Assembly (NCBI GenBank): GCA_964458595.1
Contig: CAYWJQ010000006.1
Coordinates: 69,776-133,775 of the forward strand
Direction of reading: 5' to 3'
DNA: 64,000 nucleotides
From: an uncultured Thermoplasmata archaeon
Lineage (GTDB): Archaea; Thermoplasmatota; Thermoplasmata; Halarchaeoplasmatales; Halarchaeoplasmataceae
Part shown: positions 9,108 through 18,916 of the stretch, piece by piece
How the letters are laid out: each line of letters begins with the position of its first letter
Position numbering within the stretch: the first letter of the stretch is position 1
The notes under the pieces: model-generated
The model's database searches: none
Told to the model about the DNA's origin: nothing
What the model saw: only the letters and a program-made list of their open reading frames with translations
Made by a program: the position numbers and the translations under genes

Positions 9108-9785
9108 TCATTTCAGATTCACCTTCCTCGAAGTGTAAACTGAAGGAGTAGTGAAGGAGATCTGAGTGGATTGACCCGTCTGAGGGATGAGTTTGATATC
9201 TACGGGCGTATTTGGTTCGAGATCGAGACCTATTGCATTAGCGTCGATGTAAATCTTTACCAAGGTGCCCTGTTCCATCACATTGGATTCGGCATAAACA
9301 CCTTCAGGATCTCTCAGTACCTCGGTCGTAAAATTATCTTTATCCGCTCCGGTCGGATCATCGACAGTTGAGTTGTGAAGTAGCTCGCCTGTCGCGTTTC
9401 CATCGTCTATTATTATTACAACATCGTCCATATCTAAAGGTCCACTTCCCGCCTGAAGACGGACTATTATCTCTACAACCTGTATATTTTTCTTCGTTGG
9501 ATTACTTGATTTTCCGTTTTTCTTTCTATCTCCTACGACCGATAGCGTATTCATACCGGTGCTCACCTCTGAAAGAGCTTGATCGGCTGTACTTTCCGAT
9601 TGATTCTGAAGTTTTGTCACCGTGTCAACTAAGACTCCAGCGACGATCGCCGTTATCAGTATGGTAGCTATCAACAGCATCAGTGAACTTACCCCAGTAG
9701 ACCCGGAGTCGTCTTTAGATAGACGGGTCTCTCTGTACGGGGAGGACTCTTGAAATAACTCAGTCTCTCTTAAGTCCTTAAGCAT
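9108..9785 (-). CDS. Divergent archaellin-like protein (class III signal peptide), first gene of the minus-strand accessory operon
   Basis: Hydrophobic N-terminal helix SGSTGVSSLMLLIATILITAIVAGVLVDTVTKLQ and C-terminal IKLIPQTG..TTPSVYTSRKV resembling the archaellin C-terminus [27 protein letters not shown]; long N-terminal extension, so start is uncertain. Confidence 0.7.
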   Translation of the reverse strand: MLKDLRETELFQESSPYRETRLSKDDSGSTGVSSLMLLIATILITAIVAGVLVDTVTKLQNQSESTADQALSEVSTGMNTLSVVGDRKKNGKSSNPTKKNIQVVEIIVRLQAGSGPLDMDDVVIIIDDGNATGELLHNSTVDDPTGADKDNFTTEVLRDPEGVYAESNVMEQGTLVKIYIDANAIGLDLEPNTPVDIKLIPQTGQSTQISFTTPSVYTSRKVNLK

Positions 9786-10053
9786 TATGATAAACAGGTC
9801 CGATTATCATATTATATTTAATGTCGTGATTATCTCTAGAGATAATAGCCTTCAGAAGTAAAAAAGATCGATAAGCTTATCTGAACGACTATATTAATGT
9901 CTTGATAAAATATAAGTATTTACACGATGTTATTAGAGCTGATAATAAGATCTGTTTTTCTAAAAAGATAAACCTATCTTATAAACGGAGTTGATTCTCT
10001 GTAGAAATAACCTTCTTATATAATTGATATTTGAAAACTTTTAGGATAATTGC

Positions 10054-10074
10054 TTCCGAATTTATATAATCGAT
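10054..10074 (+). promoter_or_regulatory. BRE/TATA-like promoter element of archaellin 1
   Basis: ttccgaatttatataatcgat about 50 nt upstream of ATG 10119; the same element recurs before archaellins 2, 3 and 5; aggaga SD-like motif about 7 nt before the start. Confidence 0.6.
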
Positions 10075-10118
10075 TAGGGTGGTGATTAAACTAGAGTATC
10101 CGAAAGGAGATAGTAAAG

Positions 10119-10727
10119 ATGAAAAAACTAAAACGAAAAGATGAAGAAGGGGCGATGGGCGTTGGGACGCTCATCATATTCATAGCCATGGTTCTAGTCT
10201 CGGCAGTGGCGGCCAGTGTACTCATCGACACAGCTAATAAGCTCCAACAGCAGGCAGAGAAAACTGGTGATCAGGCGATAAGAGAAGTCTCTACATCATT
10301 CATTGTAAAGGGTATTTTTGGATACGATGCCTCGAGTGGAGATGAAAGTCCAAATGAGATAGGGAACATATCTTTAAAAGTAGGTTTGGCAGCAGGTGCC
10401 CCTGCACAAAATCTTAATCAGACAGTGATCCAGATTACCAATGATACTAGTGAAGAGAATTTAGTAGCAGCAGGTGATAGTAGTACATCGGCAAATGGTG
10501 CTCATTATTCCTGGAATCCGATAATAGAACAACAGGGAAATGATAATCAGTATGTAGAACAAGGGGATCTTTATAATGTAACGATAAATATGAATAAGGC
10601 CTTAGGTGGACCAGTAGGAACACAGGCAGAAATATCCATTCAGATAATACCCAAGCACGGGACACCAACCTACGAAAAGGTGACAACGCCGCCCGTGATG
10701 ACTTCAAAAATTGTCGATCTCACCTAG
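10119..10727 (+). CDS. flaB: Archaellin (FlaB/ArlB family) 1
   Basis: Class III signal peptide [43 protein letters not shown]; conserved C-terminus [29 protein letters not shown]. Confidence 0.9.
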   Translation: MKKLKRKDEEGAMGVGTLIIFIAMVLVSAVAASVLIDTANKLQQQAEKTGDQAIREVSTSFIVKGIFGYDASSGDESPNEIGNISLKVGLAAGAPAQNLNQTVIQITNDTSEENLVAAGDSSTSANGAHYSWNPIIEQQGNDNQYVEQGDLYNVTINMNKALGGPVGTQAEISIQIIPKHGTPTYEKVTTPPVMTSKIVDLT

Positions 10728-10737
10728 ATCTATCACT

Positions 10738-10765
10738 TAAAAACCTTTATTTTTTCATTTATCTG
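10738..10765 (+). terminator. T-rich terminator-like element after archaellin 1
   Basis: aaaaacctttattttttcatttatc directly after the stop; similar motif follows each archaellin transcription unit. Confidence 0.45.
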
Positions 10766-10914
10766 ATCTTGAAAAAATTTGTTTTCATCTTCACCCTAAA
10801 GTCTTATTGGTCTTGATAATAGAACAAAAAAATAGGCTTTGGTAAACAGAGTTTATTCTATAATTATGGAACAACTCTTAGTAATTAGAATTTAAAAATT
10901 AAAAGGATAATTTC

Positions 10915-10935
10915 TTCCGAATTTATATAATCGAT
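10915..10935 (+). promoter_or_regulatory. BRE/TATA-like promoter element of archaellin 2
   Basis: ttccgaatttatataatcgat, identical to the element at 10054. Confidence 0.6.
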
Positions 10936-10975
10936 AAGGGAGGTGATTAAGATAGTAAAAAGAAAGGAGGATACA

Positions 10976-11575
10976 ATGGCAGGAACAAAACGATTAAAAC
11001 GAAAAGATGAAGAAGGCGCGATGGGCGTAGGAACGCTCATCATATTCATAGCCATGGTTCTAGTGTCGGCTGTGGCGGCCAGTGTACTTATCGATACCGC
11101 TAATAAGCTCCAACAGCAGGCAGAGAAAACAGGCGATCAGGCGATCCGAGAAGTGGCGACCTCGTTTATAGTGAAGGATGTTATAGGATACAATGGAAAA
11201 GACGGTGAGATAGGAAATATATCTTTGAAAGTGGGCCTAGCGGCCGGAGCGCCCGCTCAGTCCTTGAACCAGACGGTTATACAGGTTCAGACCGATTCGA
11301 ATCAGGCGCATCTTACGGCTGCGGCTCAAGGATATGGTCCTGGATCTAACAATTATTCATGGCGAGAGGTCATCGAACAGGAAGATACTTTCAACCAGTA
11401 CTTAGAACAAGGAGATATAGTGAATATAACGATAAATCTGTATGAGATGTTCGGTAAAACAGTCGGGACTCAAAGCGAGATCTCCATCCAGATAATACCA
11501 AAGCATGGGACGCCAACCTATGAAGAGATAACGACGCCGCCCGTGATGGTAAGCAAGATCGTCGAGTTCACCTGA
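10976..11575 (+). CDS. flaB: Archaellin (FlaB/ArlB family) 2
   Basis: Same conserved N- and C-termini as archaellin 1; start placed at ATG 10976 (GGAGG 7 nt upstream) rather than the GTG at 10943 in the ORF track, which lies almost inside the promoter element. Confidence 0.88.
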   Translation: MAGTKRLKRKDEEGAMGVGTLIIFIAMVLVSAVAASVLIDTANKLQQQAEKTGDQAIREVATSFIVKDVIGYNGKDGEIGNISLKVGLAAGAPAQSLNQTVIQVQTDSNQAHLTAAAQGYGPGSNNYSWREVIEQEDTFNQYLEQGDIVNITINLYEMFGKTVGTQSEISIQIIPKHGTPTYEEITTPPVMVSKIVEFT

Positions 11576-11586
11576 GGATAGATACA

Positions 11587-11615
11587 GAAAACCTTTCCCT
11601 CTTTTCATTATTATA
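11587..11615 (+). terminator. T-rich terminator-like element after archaellin 2
   Basis: aaaacctttccctcttttcattattat. Confidence 0.45.
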
Positions 11616-11697
11616 TTGCACACGTGCGTGAAGATTGGTTATATTTTTCTATTTTTTCAAAATTGATAATCAGGGATGAATAATCAGAGAAATAATC

Positions 11698-11721
11698 GTT
11701 TCCTAATTTATATAGTGAATA
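11698..11721 (+). promoter_or_regulatory. BRE/TATA-like promoter element of the archaellin 3-4 pair
   Basis: cgtttcctaatttatatagtgaat, followed by conserved leader atcatgctgtatccgagaggagataaaacatg. Confidence 0.6.
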
Positions 11722-11762
11722 AGAGAGGTGATTATCATGCTGTATCCGAGAGGAGATAAAAC

Positions 11763-12401
11763 ATGAGAAGGATAAAACGAGAAGACGAAAAAGGAGCGAT
11801 GGGCGTAGGAACGCTCATCGTATTCATCGCAATGGTACTGGTAGCCGCGGTAGCGGCCAGTGTACTTATCGACACAGCGAACAAGCTACAGCAGCAGGCA
11901 GAGCAAACAGGTGATCAAGCGATCAGGGAAGTATCGACCGCATTCCAAGTACACGATGTATTTGGATATAATGCTGCTGGTGACAATAAGATAGAGAATC
12001 TAACGCTTAAAGTAGGTTTAGCGGCAGGAGCGCCAAGTCAAGACCTGAATCAAACTGTAGTTCAGGTTTCAGGTCCTTCTAGCGAAGCGAATCTACTAGC
12101 AGTAGATAGCGACAATTATGATCTTGGCGAAGGAGCAGATAGTGATTCGTATGCGATAGACAATATAATCGAGCAAGAAGATGGTGGATCTGTAGAGTTT
12201 TCAGATGTCCGCTATTTAGAACAAGGAGATCTAGTGAACATAACGATAGCTATAGATGAAACTTCAGTAGGTGGGCCAGGCACTGGGATAGGTCCTCAAA
12301 CAGATCTATCGATCCAGATAATGCCGAAGCACGGCACGCCGACCTACGAGGAAATAACCACACCACCAGTGATGACAACGAAGATAGTTGATTTAAACTA
12401 A
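11763..12401 (+). CDS. flaB: Archaellin (FlaB/ArlB family) 3
   Basis: [61 protein letters not shown]; variable middle; conserved C-terminus. Confidence 0.9.
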   Translation: MRRIKREDEKGAMGVGTLIVFIAMVLVAAVAASVLIDTANKLQQQAEQTGDQAIREVSTAFQVHDVFGYNAAGDNKIENLTLKVGLAAGAPSQDLNQTVVQVSGPSSEANLLAVDSDNYDLGEGADSDSYAIDNIIEQEDGGSVEFSDVRYLEQGDLVNITIAIDETSVGGPGTGIGPQTDLSIQIMPKHGTPTYEEITTPPVMTTKIVDLN

Positions 12402-12410
12402 GGTGATAAC

Positions 12411-13022
12411 ATGAGAAGGATAAAAAGAGAAGATGAAAAAGGAGCGATGGGCGTAGGAACGCTCATCGTATTCATCGCGATGGTGCTAGTAGCTGCGGTA
12501 GCAGCTAGCGTTTTGATCGATACCGCGAACAAGTTACAGCAGCAGGCAGAACAGACAGGAGATCAAGCGATCAGGGAAGTATCCACCGCTTTTACCGTTA
12601 AAGACGTCTATGGAGTAGACGGAGGAACTTATGGTGATGAAAACGGCAAGATAGACACGTTATACATGAAGATAGGCCTAGCGGCAGGAGCTCCTGCTCA
12701 GGACATGGACCAGACGATCATACAGCTGAAAAATGATACTGCAGAAGCAAATCTACAGAACGGAAGTAGTGCAGGATCTTCTGATTATACAATAGACCAG
12801 GTCATCGAACAAAGTGATCCTGAAGATGGTTACTTAGAACAGGGTGACATCCTCGAGATAGAAATAGATGTCACTTCAGCACTAGATGATGGATCGGCTA
12901 CCGTTGGATTAGGTCCACAGGAAGATGTTTCCATACAGATAATACCGAAGCACGGTACACCTACCTACGAACAGATCACCACGCCGCCTACGATAATTAA
13001 CACCCATGTAGACCTAGGTTAG
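12411..13022 (+). CDS. flaB: Archaellin (FlaB/ArlB family) 4
   Basis: N-terminal 60 residues identical to archaellin 3; 9-bp intergenic spacer (ggtgataac), so co-transcribed with archaellin 3. Confidence 0.9.
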   Translation: MRRIKREDEKGAMGVGTLIVFIAMVLVAAVAASVLIDTANKLQQQAEQTGDQAIREVSTAFTVKDVYGVDGGTYGDENGKIDTLYMKIGLAAGAPAQDMDQTIIQLKNDTAEANLQNGSSAGSSDYTIDQVIEQSDPEDGYLEQGDILEIEIDVTSALDDGSATVGLGPQEDVSIQIIPKHGTPTYEQITTPPTIINTHVDLG

Positions 13023-13029
13023 ATGCGAT

Positions 13030-13075
13030 GAAAAACCCTTTCCCTATTATTATTTTTAATTCTTTTTTAATTTAA
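13030..13075 (+). terminator. T-rich terminator-like element after archaellin 4
   Basis: gaaaaaccctttccctattattatttttaattcttttttaattt; near-identical to the element after archaellin 6. Confidence 0.5.
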
Positions 13076-13125
13076 CTCCTCTATTTTCAAAATAACTCCT
13101 CCTCTCTGTTATCGTTGTAGATAAT

Positions 13126-13149
13126 CGTTTCCGAATTTATATAGTGAAT
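13126..13149 (+). promoter_or_regulatory. BRE/TATA-like promoter element of the archaellin 5-6 pair
   Basis: cgtttccgaatttatatagtgaat plus a leader identical to that of archaellin 3. Confidence 0.6.
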
Positions 13150-13191
13150 AGGAAAGATGATTATCATGCTGTATCCGAAAGGAGATAAAAC

Positions 13192-13800
13192 ATGAGAAGG
13201 ATAAAAAGAGAAGACGAAAAAGGAGCGATGGGCGTTGGGACGCTCATCGTGTTCATCGCGATGGTACTGGTAGCCGCAGTAGCGGCTAGTGTACTGATAG
13301 ATACAGCGAACAAGTTACAGCAGCAGGCAGAACAGACAGGAGATCAAGCGATCAGAGAAGTTTCGACCGCATTCCAGGTGCAGGACGTGTTTGGTTATGA
13401 CGCCTCTAGTGGGGGCTTAGAGAATATAACATTGAAGGTAGGCTTAGCAGCAGGTGCACCAGCACAAGATCTGAATCAAACGGTGATACAGATATCTGGA
13501 CCAAGTAATGAAGATAACTTGATCGCACCCCATAACAGCAGTGACTATGCAGATGGTGGTAACTATTATATCAGAGGCATAATCGAACAGGAAGGTGACA
13601 CAGGTACATTCTCAGATGTCCGGTATTTAGAGCAGGGAGATCTTGTTAATATAACAATATCTCTCACTGATAGTGATATAAGTAGTCCAGTAAGCACCCA
13701 GACGGATTTGTCGATCCAGATAATGCCGAAGTACGGAACGCCGACCTATGAAGAGATCACCACGCCGCCAGTGATGACATCGAAGATAGTAGATCTATGA
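13192..13800 (+). CDS. flaB: Archaellin (FlaB/ArlB family) 5
   Basis: Conserved archaellin N- and C-termini. Confidence 0.9.
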   Translation: MRRIKREDEKGAMGVGTLIVFIAMVLVAAVAASVLIDTANKLQQQAEQTGDQAIREVSTAFQVQDVFGYDASSGGLENITLKVGLAAGAPAQDLNQTVIQISGPSNEDNLIAPHNSSDYADGGNYYIRGIIEQEGDTGTFSDVRYLEQGDLVNITISLTDSDISSPVSTQTDLSIQIMPKYGTPTYEEITTPPVMTSKIVDL

Positions 13801-13813
13801 CAAAGGTGATAAC

Positions 13814-14398
13814 ATGAGAAGGATAAAAAGAGAAGACGAAAAAGGCGCGATGGGCGTGGGAACGCTCATCGTATTTATCGCCATGGTACTGGTAGCCGCG
13901 GTAGCGGCCAGTGTACTGATCGACACAGCGAACAAGTTACAGCAGCAGGCAGAACAGACAGGAGATCAAGCGATCAGAGAAGTTTCGACCTCGTTCACAG
14001 TTAAAGATGCCTACGGACAAGACAACGATGATGATGGCCTGATAGAGGATGTTGTTTTAAAGATAGGATTGGCTGCAGGTGCTCCTGCACAGAACTTAGG
14101 TCAAACGATGCTTCAGCTAAAAAATGATACGGCTGAAACTAACGTTAAAGTCACGAGTACCTCTTACAGTAAAGTGATCGAACAGGATTCTGATGGTCAA
14201 ATAGATTATTTGGAACAGGGAGATATAGTGAAAGTTGAAGTTACAGGTATCGGTACTGCTAGTTATTTCGATACTGGGAATGGTCTTGGTACTCAGCAGG
14301 ATCTTTCCATCCAGATAATACCGAAGCACGGCACGCCGACTTACGAGCAGATAACAACACCACCTACGATAGTAGATCAACACGTAGATCTTACCTAA
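13814..14398 (+). CDS. flaB: Archaellin (FlaB/ArlB family) 6
   Basis: Conserved archaellin N- and C-termini; 13-bp spacer to archaellin 5. Confidence 0.9.
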   Translation: MRRIKREDEKGAMGVGTLIVFIAMVLVAAVAASVLIDTANKLQQQAEQTGDQAIREVSTSFTVKDAYGQDNDDDGLIEDVVLKIGLAAGAPAQNLGQTMLQLKNDTAETNVKVTSTSYSKVIEQDSDGQIDYLEQGDIVKVEVTGIGTASYFDTGNGLGTQQDLSIQIIPKHGTPTYEQITTPPTIVDQHVDLT

Positions 14399-14404
14399 AA
14401 GCGA

Positions 14405-14447
14405 TGAAAAACACCTTTCCCTATTATTATTTTTTAATTCTTTTGAA
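14405..14447 (+). terminator. T-rich terminator-like element after archaellin 6
   Basis: gaaaaacacctttccctattattattttttaattctttt. Confidence 0.5.
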
Positions 14448-14599
14448 TAATGAATCATTTTTGAAGATAAAAGATCTTTTAAAATATTTTGATTATTAGG
14501 CTTCAAAATCATAAGCGAGATAAGATTTCACAATTATTCTAACTGATAATAATCGTCAAAGCTTTATGAATTTCTAGCTAGATAAGTAATGCGTTCTTA

Positions 14600-14662
14600 G
14601 AACAACCCGTTTCCTATTCAAAATGAATATAGGAGAGGTAAACCCCCTAGTGATAAAACATG
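14600..14662 (+). other. Degenerate copy of the archaellin promoter/leader with no archaellin coding sequence downstream
   Basis: ccgtttcctattcaaaatgaatataggagaggtaaaccccctagtgataaaacatg aligns with cgtttcctaatttatatagtgaataagagaggtgatta...gataaaacatg, but the TATA box is disrupted and the following ORF (14660-14869) has no archaellin motifs. Confidence 0.5.
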
Positions 14663-15630
14663 TCCCTAGGTTCCGGGGAATTTACCTCTCTTTTCATCCT
14701 GAACCGGCCCATTTTCTTAGAGCCCTTCAACTTTTCTTTTGATCTCCTGCTCATTTCCGGCGACAAAGAATGTAATCCCTTCCATATCTCTGTTCTTATT
14801 GCAGCACATTATATTCAAACTATCCTTCCAGAACTATATCTGGGCAACAGTGAGATCGGAATCATCTAGTATGAATTTTGATGTACCACAGCACTTCCTC
14901 TGTTCCTTTTGAAATTATCCATCTCAAATTTAAAATCTACTATCTCTTCCGACATCTCTCTCATCTCATCCGGATAATATTCCCCCTGATCCTGGCTATC
15001 AGGTATTATATCCTCAAAACTTTCATTTCCCTCTTTTTCAGCTACCAGCCTATCTTAAACGACTTCACTGCCTTCAATGTTACTCAAAGACGGCAATATT
15101 ACATGAGGAAATAAGTCGTCTTGGAATCTTTTTAATTTTCTTATATTTTTGAAAATAATAATAAGTTAAACCTTAAAGATAGAAAAAACATAAGTTATCC
15201 ATCTACCATTTTAAACATTCAAAATCAAATAAGATCTTTATAGAAAAAATCGAACTCTAAAATAAAAAAAATTTTTTAATTCCGTATGGAAGAATTTTTT
15301 CATTTTCCTTCAAAAACTACTCAATGAAAATTTAATCTAAAATAAAGATGTTTTTCCTCTAATCAACTGGTTTTAGTATATATGAGATCGTTATCGGTTG
15401 CTCGAAATGATGAGTTTTTCTTTCTTTAGTAATCAAGGATGATTATTATAGAGAATAAATCTACTGCGATGTTTTCATCCTTGGTAATCAACCATCTCAA
15501 AAAACATTGATAAATAAACCATATAATCGTATTCAATGATGATTTTCAATGATGATAATTCGAGTGTTTTATCAAGATTGATACCACTTTCGAAATTACT
15601 ATTTATATCGATAATGATATTTCATAACGA

Positions 15631-15655
15631 GAACAGGAATTGATTGCGCCTGTTC
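15631..15655 (+). promoter_or_regulatory. Inverted repeat upstream of the seventh archaellin
   Basis: gaacagg-(11 nt)-cctgttc, about 40 nt upstream of ATG 15696 and just downstream of an A/T-rich tttatat box at about 15602. Confidence 0.3.
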
Positions 15656-15695
15656 GTAATCGCCCTTTATCGGGTGTCTAAGAGGCGGATAGTTT

Positions 15696-16319
15696 ATGAG
15701 ACGACTAAAAAGAAATAGTGAAGTAGAAGACGAAAAAGGTATGATGGGTGTGGGAACCCTGATGATCTTCATAGCGATAGTACTAGTGTCTGCAGTATCT
15801 GCGGGAGTATTCATCCGAACAGTGACGATGTTAAAACAGCAGGCAGAACAGTCCGCGGAAGAAGCGATGGCCGAGGTATCCACTTATATCAAGGTGAGAT
15901 CGATGCTTGGGATAAGAAATAAGACCGGAACCGGTCTCAAGAAGATTTACGTGAACTTGGGAGTAGGTCCGGGTACACCTCCGCAGAACTTAGAAAATCT
16001 GCTGATACAAGTCGATAACGGAGACGCACAAAAAGCCCTAGAATACAGTCCTGATAAAGCAAGCGGAGAGAATTTTACAGCGGTAGCTCTAAAAGATCCT
16101 GAAGGCGAATTCGATAGAGAAGACAACCCGTTGATCTCTAGTGGTACAACTCTGCAGTTGACTTTCAATATAACACAGATCGATGGAAATACGACGGGCT
16201 CTTTCGATCTACCACCACAGACCGAGATGAACATACAGTTCACTCCAAAACACGGTGCGAGTACGATAGAGATATTGGTCACACCTTCGGTTTACCACAA
16301 GGACATAATGCATCTGTAA
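15696..16319 (+). CDS. flaB: Divergent archaellin paralog 7
   Basis: KGMMGVGTLMIFIAIVLVSAVSAGVFIRTVTMLKQQAEQ signal peptide/helix and C-terminal NIQFTPKHGASTIEILVTPSVYHKDIM; distinct promoter and central region. Confidence 0.75.
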   Translation: MRRLKRNSEVEDEKGMMGVGTLMIFIAIVLVSAVSAGVFIRTVTMLKQQAEQSAEEAMAEVSTYIKVRSMLGIRNKTGTGLKKIYVNLGVGPGTPPQNLENLLIQVDNGDAQKALEYSPDKASGENFTAVALKDPEGEFDREDNPLISSGTTLQLTFNITQIDGNTTGSFDLPPQTEMNIQFTPKHGASTIEILVTPSVYHKDIMHL

Positions 16320-16458
16320 AGATAAAAAATAATTTCCCACGACCCTTCATGGGCTGTTTTATCTTTATTTTTCTTGTGATGTTATCCGTTTTGATAATAA
16401 TCTTTGAAAATCATCTTTGATGAAGTTTACATGGAAAATATGAAGCTACAAGAGACGA

Positions 16459-18843
16459 TCAAGATATATAAGTGTAATAAACTCTGATAGCGATCAGTAT
16501 TCCGACGATCACCGCAGCCGCTATCCCTATCCAGAACCATGGGATGATATCTATCCAAGATTGTTCTTCTACTTTGTTCGCACCCTTTATCGTCACATTT
16601 GTGGACTCGGTGACCTCATTGTTTTCCATAGACTCGGCGCTCAAAGTGATCTCGAGATCTTTACCTTCGATGGCACGATATTTAGTCAAGTTAAGGACCG
16701 CATGTCCCATCTCGTCAGGATTTAACCTCATCATGCCTCCTTCGACGAAGGCATATTTACTTCCTTCTTTGACATACACTAGTACTTCTTGATCAGTATT
16801 AGCCAGGTTTGTTACCGTTATATCCACTGTATAGTTCATCTTTCCAGGATTCGAGACCGTCTTCTTCTCAACAGAGAGTGAAAGATCATATGCAGGTTTT
16901 ACTTTTAAAGTGAAATTTCCGGTAACGTTCAATCCTTCTTTATCAAGTGAACTTACTATGAGTTTTATAACATATTCTCCAGCTCTTTGATCACCTTTTG
17001 AATTTACCGAAAAATTAAATCTCTTAGTTTCTCCACTTTTCAAAGCTTCTTCGATCGGATCGTGATCCACTTTCATCGATCCTGGAGTTTTGAAGGAGAC
17101 CTCTACCTCTTGAGGGATGTTTCCATCGTTGGTGAGATTATATGAGAAAGACCCGCTGTTACCTGGATTTACAGCCGTATGATTCGTTACGGGCGTCAAA
17201 CTTAACTTGTAATATCGGATGAATATTTCTTTAGTAATCATGTTGTTTTCGTAAGTTTTTTCTATTTTATTTTTCCCTTCATTCACCACGAAGCTCAACT
17301 TTTGGATGCCCTTTTTCATAACCGTAAAATTGAACTTGAAAGTTTTCGTGGTTTCGGCGTTTATAGATATGTTTATTTCCTTCAGGAAATCTTCATCAAC
17401 GCCGATATATAATCTTCCGGTAGTATTGATATGGGATTGTCCTAGATTTTTGATTTTGACATCCACATCTACTGTAGAATTGAACTCCGGTTCTTTGGGC
17501 TCGATCTTCAGATCAGATACCGTCAAATCCGGCTTGAGTGTTTTTTTGTGATAGATGTCCATAACATCTCGTCTGGAATCCTCCCAGATCAACTGCTGTT
17601 GGTTATGCCTGTCAGTGATCACGATCGGATCGGCGGAATATGAAAATGTGCCCGTGATCCTATAACTTGATTTGACAATATTCCCATCAAGATCTATCTT
17701 TTTTATATAGATATCGTGCGGTATATCGGTGATATTCTTTTTCTTATCTCCAAGATATCGATAATCTCTACTGTCGCTCCAGGAGATATACAGATAGCCG
17801 TCTTTTCCTCTGGAGATCGTAGGTAAAAAGGAGTTCGAGTCATCGTCTCTATCGGTCATCAACGTGTCGTCTATCAGTATCTTCCCTTTAGAACTCAGTT
17901 TTTGATATATCACGTCTCTCTTGTAATTGTGATATCTATCGTCGTCGAAGACCAGGTGTAGGTTACCCTTTTCGTCTCTCGCGAGATCATATCTGTTGAG
18001 TCTGTTGACGACTGTCAGTCTTTTTCTCTCGACCCATGTATTTCCGGCATAATCTATCTTCGTGTAAAAGATCCCGTTGTTATCTTCTATCGGTTCCAAC
18101 CACAGAAGATGTAACTTGCCATCTTCGGTAAGTTTCAGTTTAGGGTCTCGAGACGGGCTGGAAGTATCGGTGATCTGGAATGGAGATATTATATTTTCAC
18201 CTTCACCGTTGATCCTCCTATAGAAGATGTTTTGGGCTCCGTTCTTTTCTTTTTCGTAAAGTAGATGGAATTGGGTATCCCGTCCTCTCACGAAAGTATA
18301 ATTCTTGGGCCCCGCTCTTCCCAGAGAAGTGATAAGTTTTCTCTCTATAAGAGTGGTCACTTCTTCGGCCGAGTAGCGGAGCTTAGAAAAATATAGATCC
18401 CAATCTCCGTTAGTTCGTTCTTCCCACACTATGTATATCTGATTTAAATAAGAGATCACCTTTGGATTCAAAGATCTTTTGCCGTTATCGCTCACTCTAA
18501 AATCGTTTATCAGTTTTTCTCCATCCTTGTTATCGATTTTAACATAGTATATATTCCAGTCTCCCCTCCTGTTATCCTCCCAACAAAGATCGATATCTCC
18601 TCTCTGATCGAGGTCGGTTGATATATTTTGAGAAGTCGAGTTCTTGAAAGTTATACCGTGTCTATCGCTCCAGATCTGAGGGGAACTGAACTCGTTTATC
18701 TCTTCGAAATCTTCTTCTATAACATCATTCAAAATCAAGTGAGAACTGGAGCTTTTCTTCTTTCCTTCTAAAGCTGATAAAACTCCCGCGGTGAAAATCG
18801 AGATTATTAATATTAGAGCCACCAATATTCTCAGTGGTTTCAT
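16459..18843 (-). CDS. Cell-surface protein: signal peptide, beta-propeller-like repeats, CARDB-like Ig-type domains, C-terminal TM anchor
   Basis: N-terminal MKPLRILVALILIISIFTAGVLSA; repeats W-x-D/E-x-R-x-GDW(N/D)IYY; C-terminal WIDIIPWFWIGIAAAVIVGILIAIRVYY; 794 aa. Confidence 0.55.
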   Translation of the reverse strand: MKPLRILVALILIISIFTAGVLSALEGKKKSSSSHLILNDVIEEDFEEINEFSSPQIWSDRHGITFKNSTSQNISTDLDQRGDIDLCWEDNRRGDWNIYYVKIDNKDGEKLINDFRVSDNGKRSLNPKVISYLNQIYIVWEERTNGDWDLYFSKLRYSAEEVTTLIERKLITSLGRAGPKNYTFVRGRDTQFHLLYEKEKNGAQNIFYRRINGEGENIISPFQITDTSSPSRDPKLKLTEDGKLHLLWLEPIEDNNGIFYTKIDYAGNTWVERKRLTVVNRLNRYDLARDEKGNLHLVFDDDRYHNYKRDVIYQKLSSKGKILIDDTLMTDRDDDSNSFLPTISRGKDGYLYISWSDSRDYRYLGDKKKNITDIPHDIYIKKIDLDGNIVKSSYRITGTFSYSADPIVITDRHNQQQLIWEDSRRDVMDIYHKKTLKPDLTVSDLKIEPKEPEFNSTVDVDVKIKNLGQSHINTTGRLYIGVDEDFLKEINISINAETTKTFKFNFTVMKKGIQKLSFVVNEGKNKIEKTYENNMITKEIFIRYYKLSLTPVTNHTAVNPGNSGSFSYNLTNDGNIPQEVEVSFKTPGSMKVDHDPIEEALKSGETKRFNFSVNSKGDQRAGEYVIKLIVSSLDKEGLNVTGNFTLKVKPAYDLSLSVEKKTVSNPGKMNYTVDITVTNLANTDQEVLVYVKEGSKYAFVEGGMMRLNPDEMGHAVLNLTKYRAIEGKDLEITLSAESMENNEVTESTNVTIKGANKVEEQSWIDIIPWFWIGIAAAVIVGILIAIRVYYTYIS

Positions 18844-18916
18844 GTTTTATCATTTCTCCGTTCGATTATAAATAATGGGTTTTGAAAATCATCAACGATA
18901 ATTTCCTGGAATTATA

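Noticed and set aside
10943-10975. GTG start at 10943 for archaellin 2 (extra [11 protein letters not shown])
   Set aside because: It lies within or next to the conserved promoter element; ATG 10976 has a GGAGG 7 nt upstream and restores the N-terminus shared with the other archaellins.
14660-15114. Small ORFs 14660-14869 and 14878-15114 in the AT-rich gap
   Set aside because: No recognisable motifs, atypical composition, and they lie in a region that looks like decayed intergenic DNA; not called as CDS.
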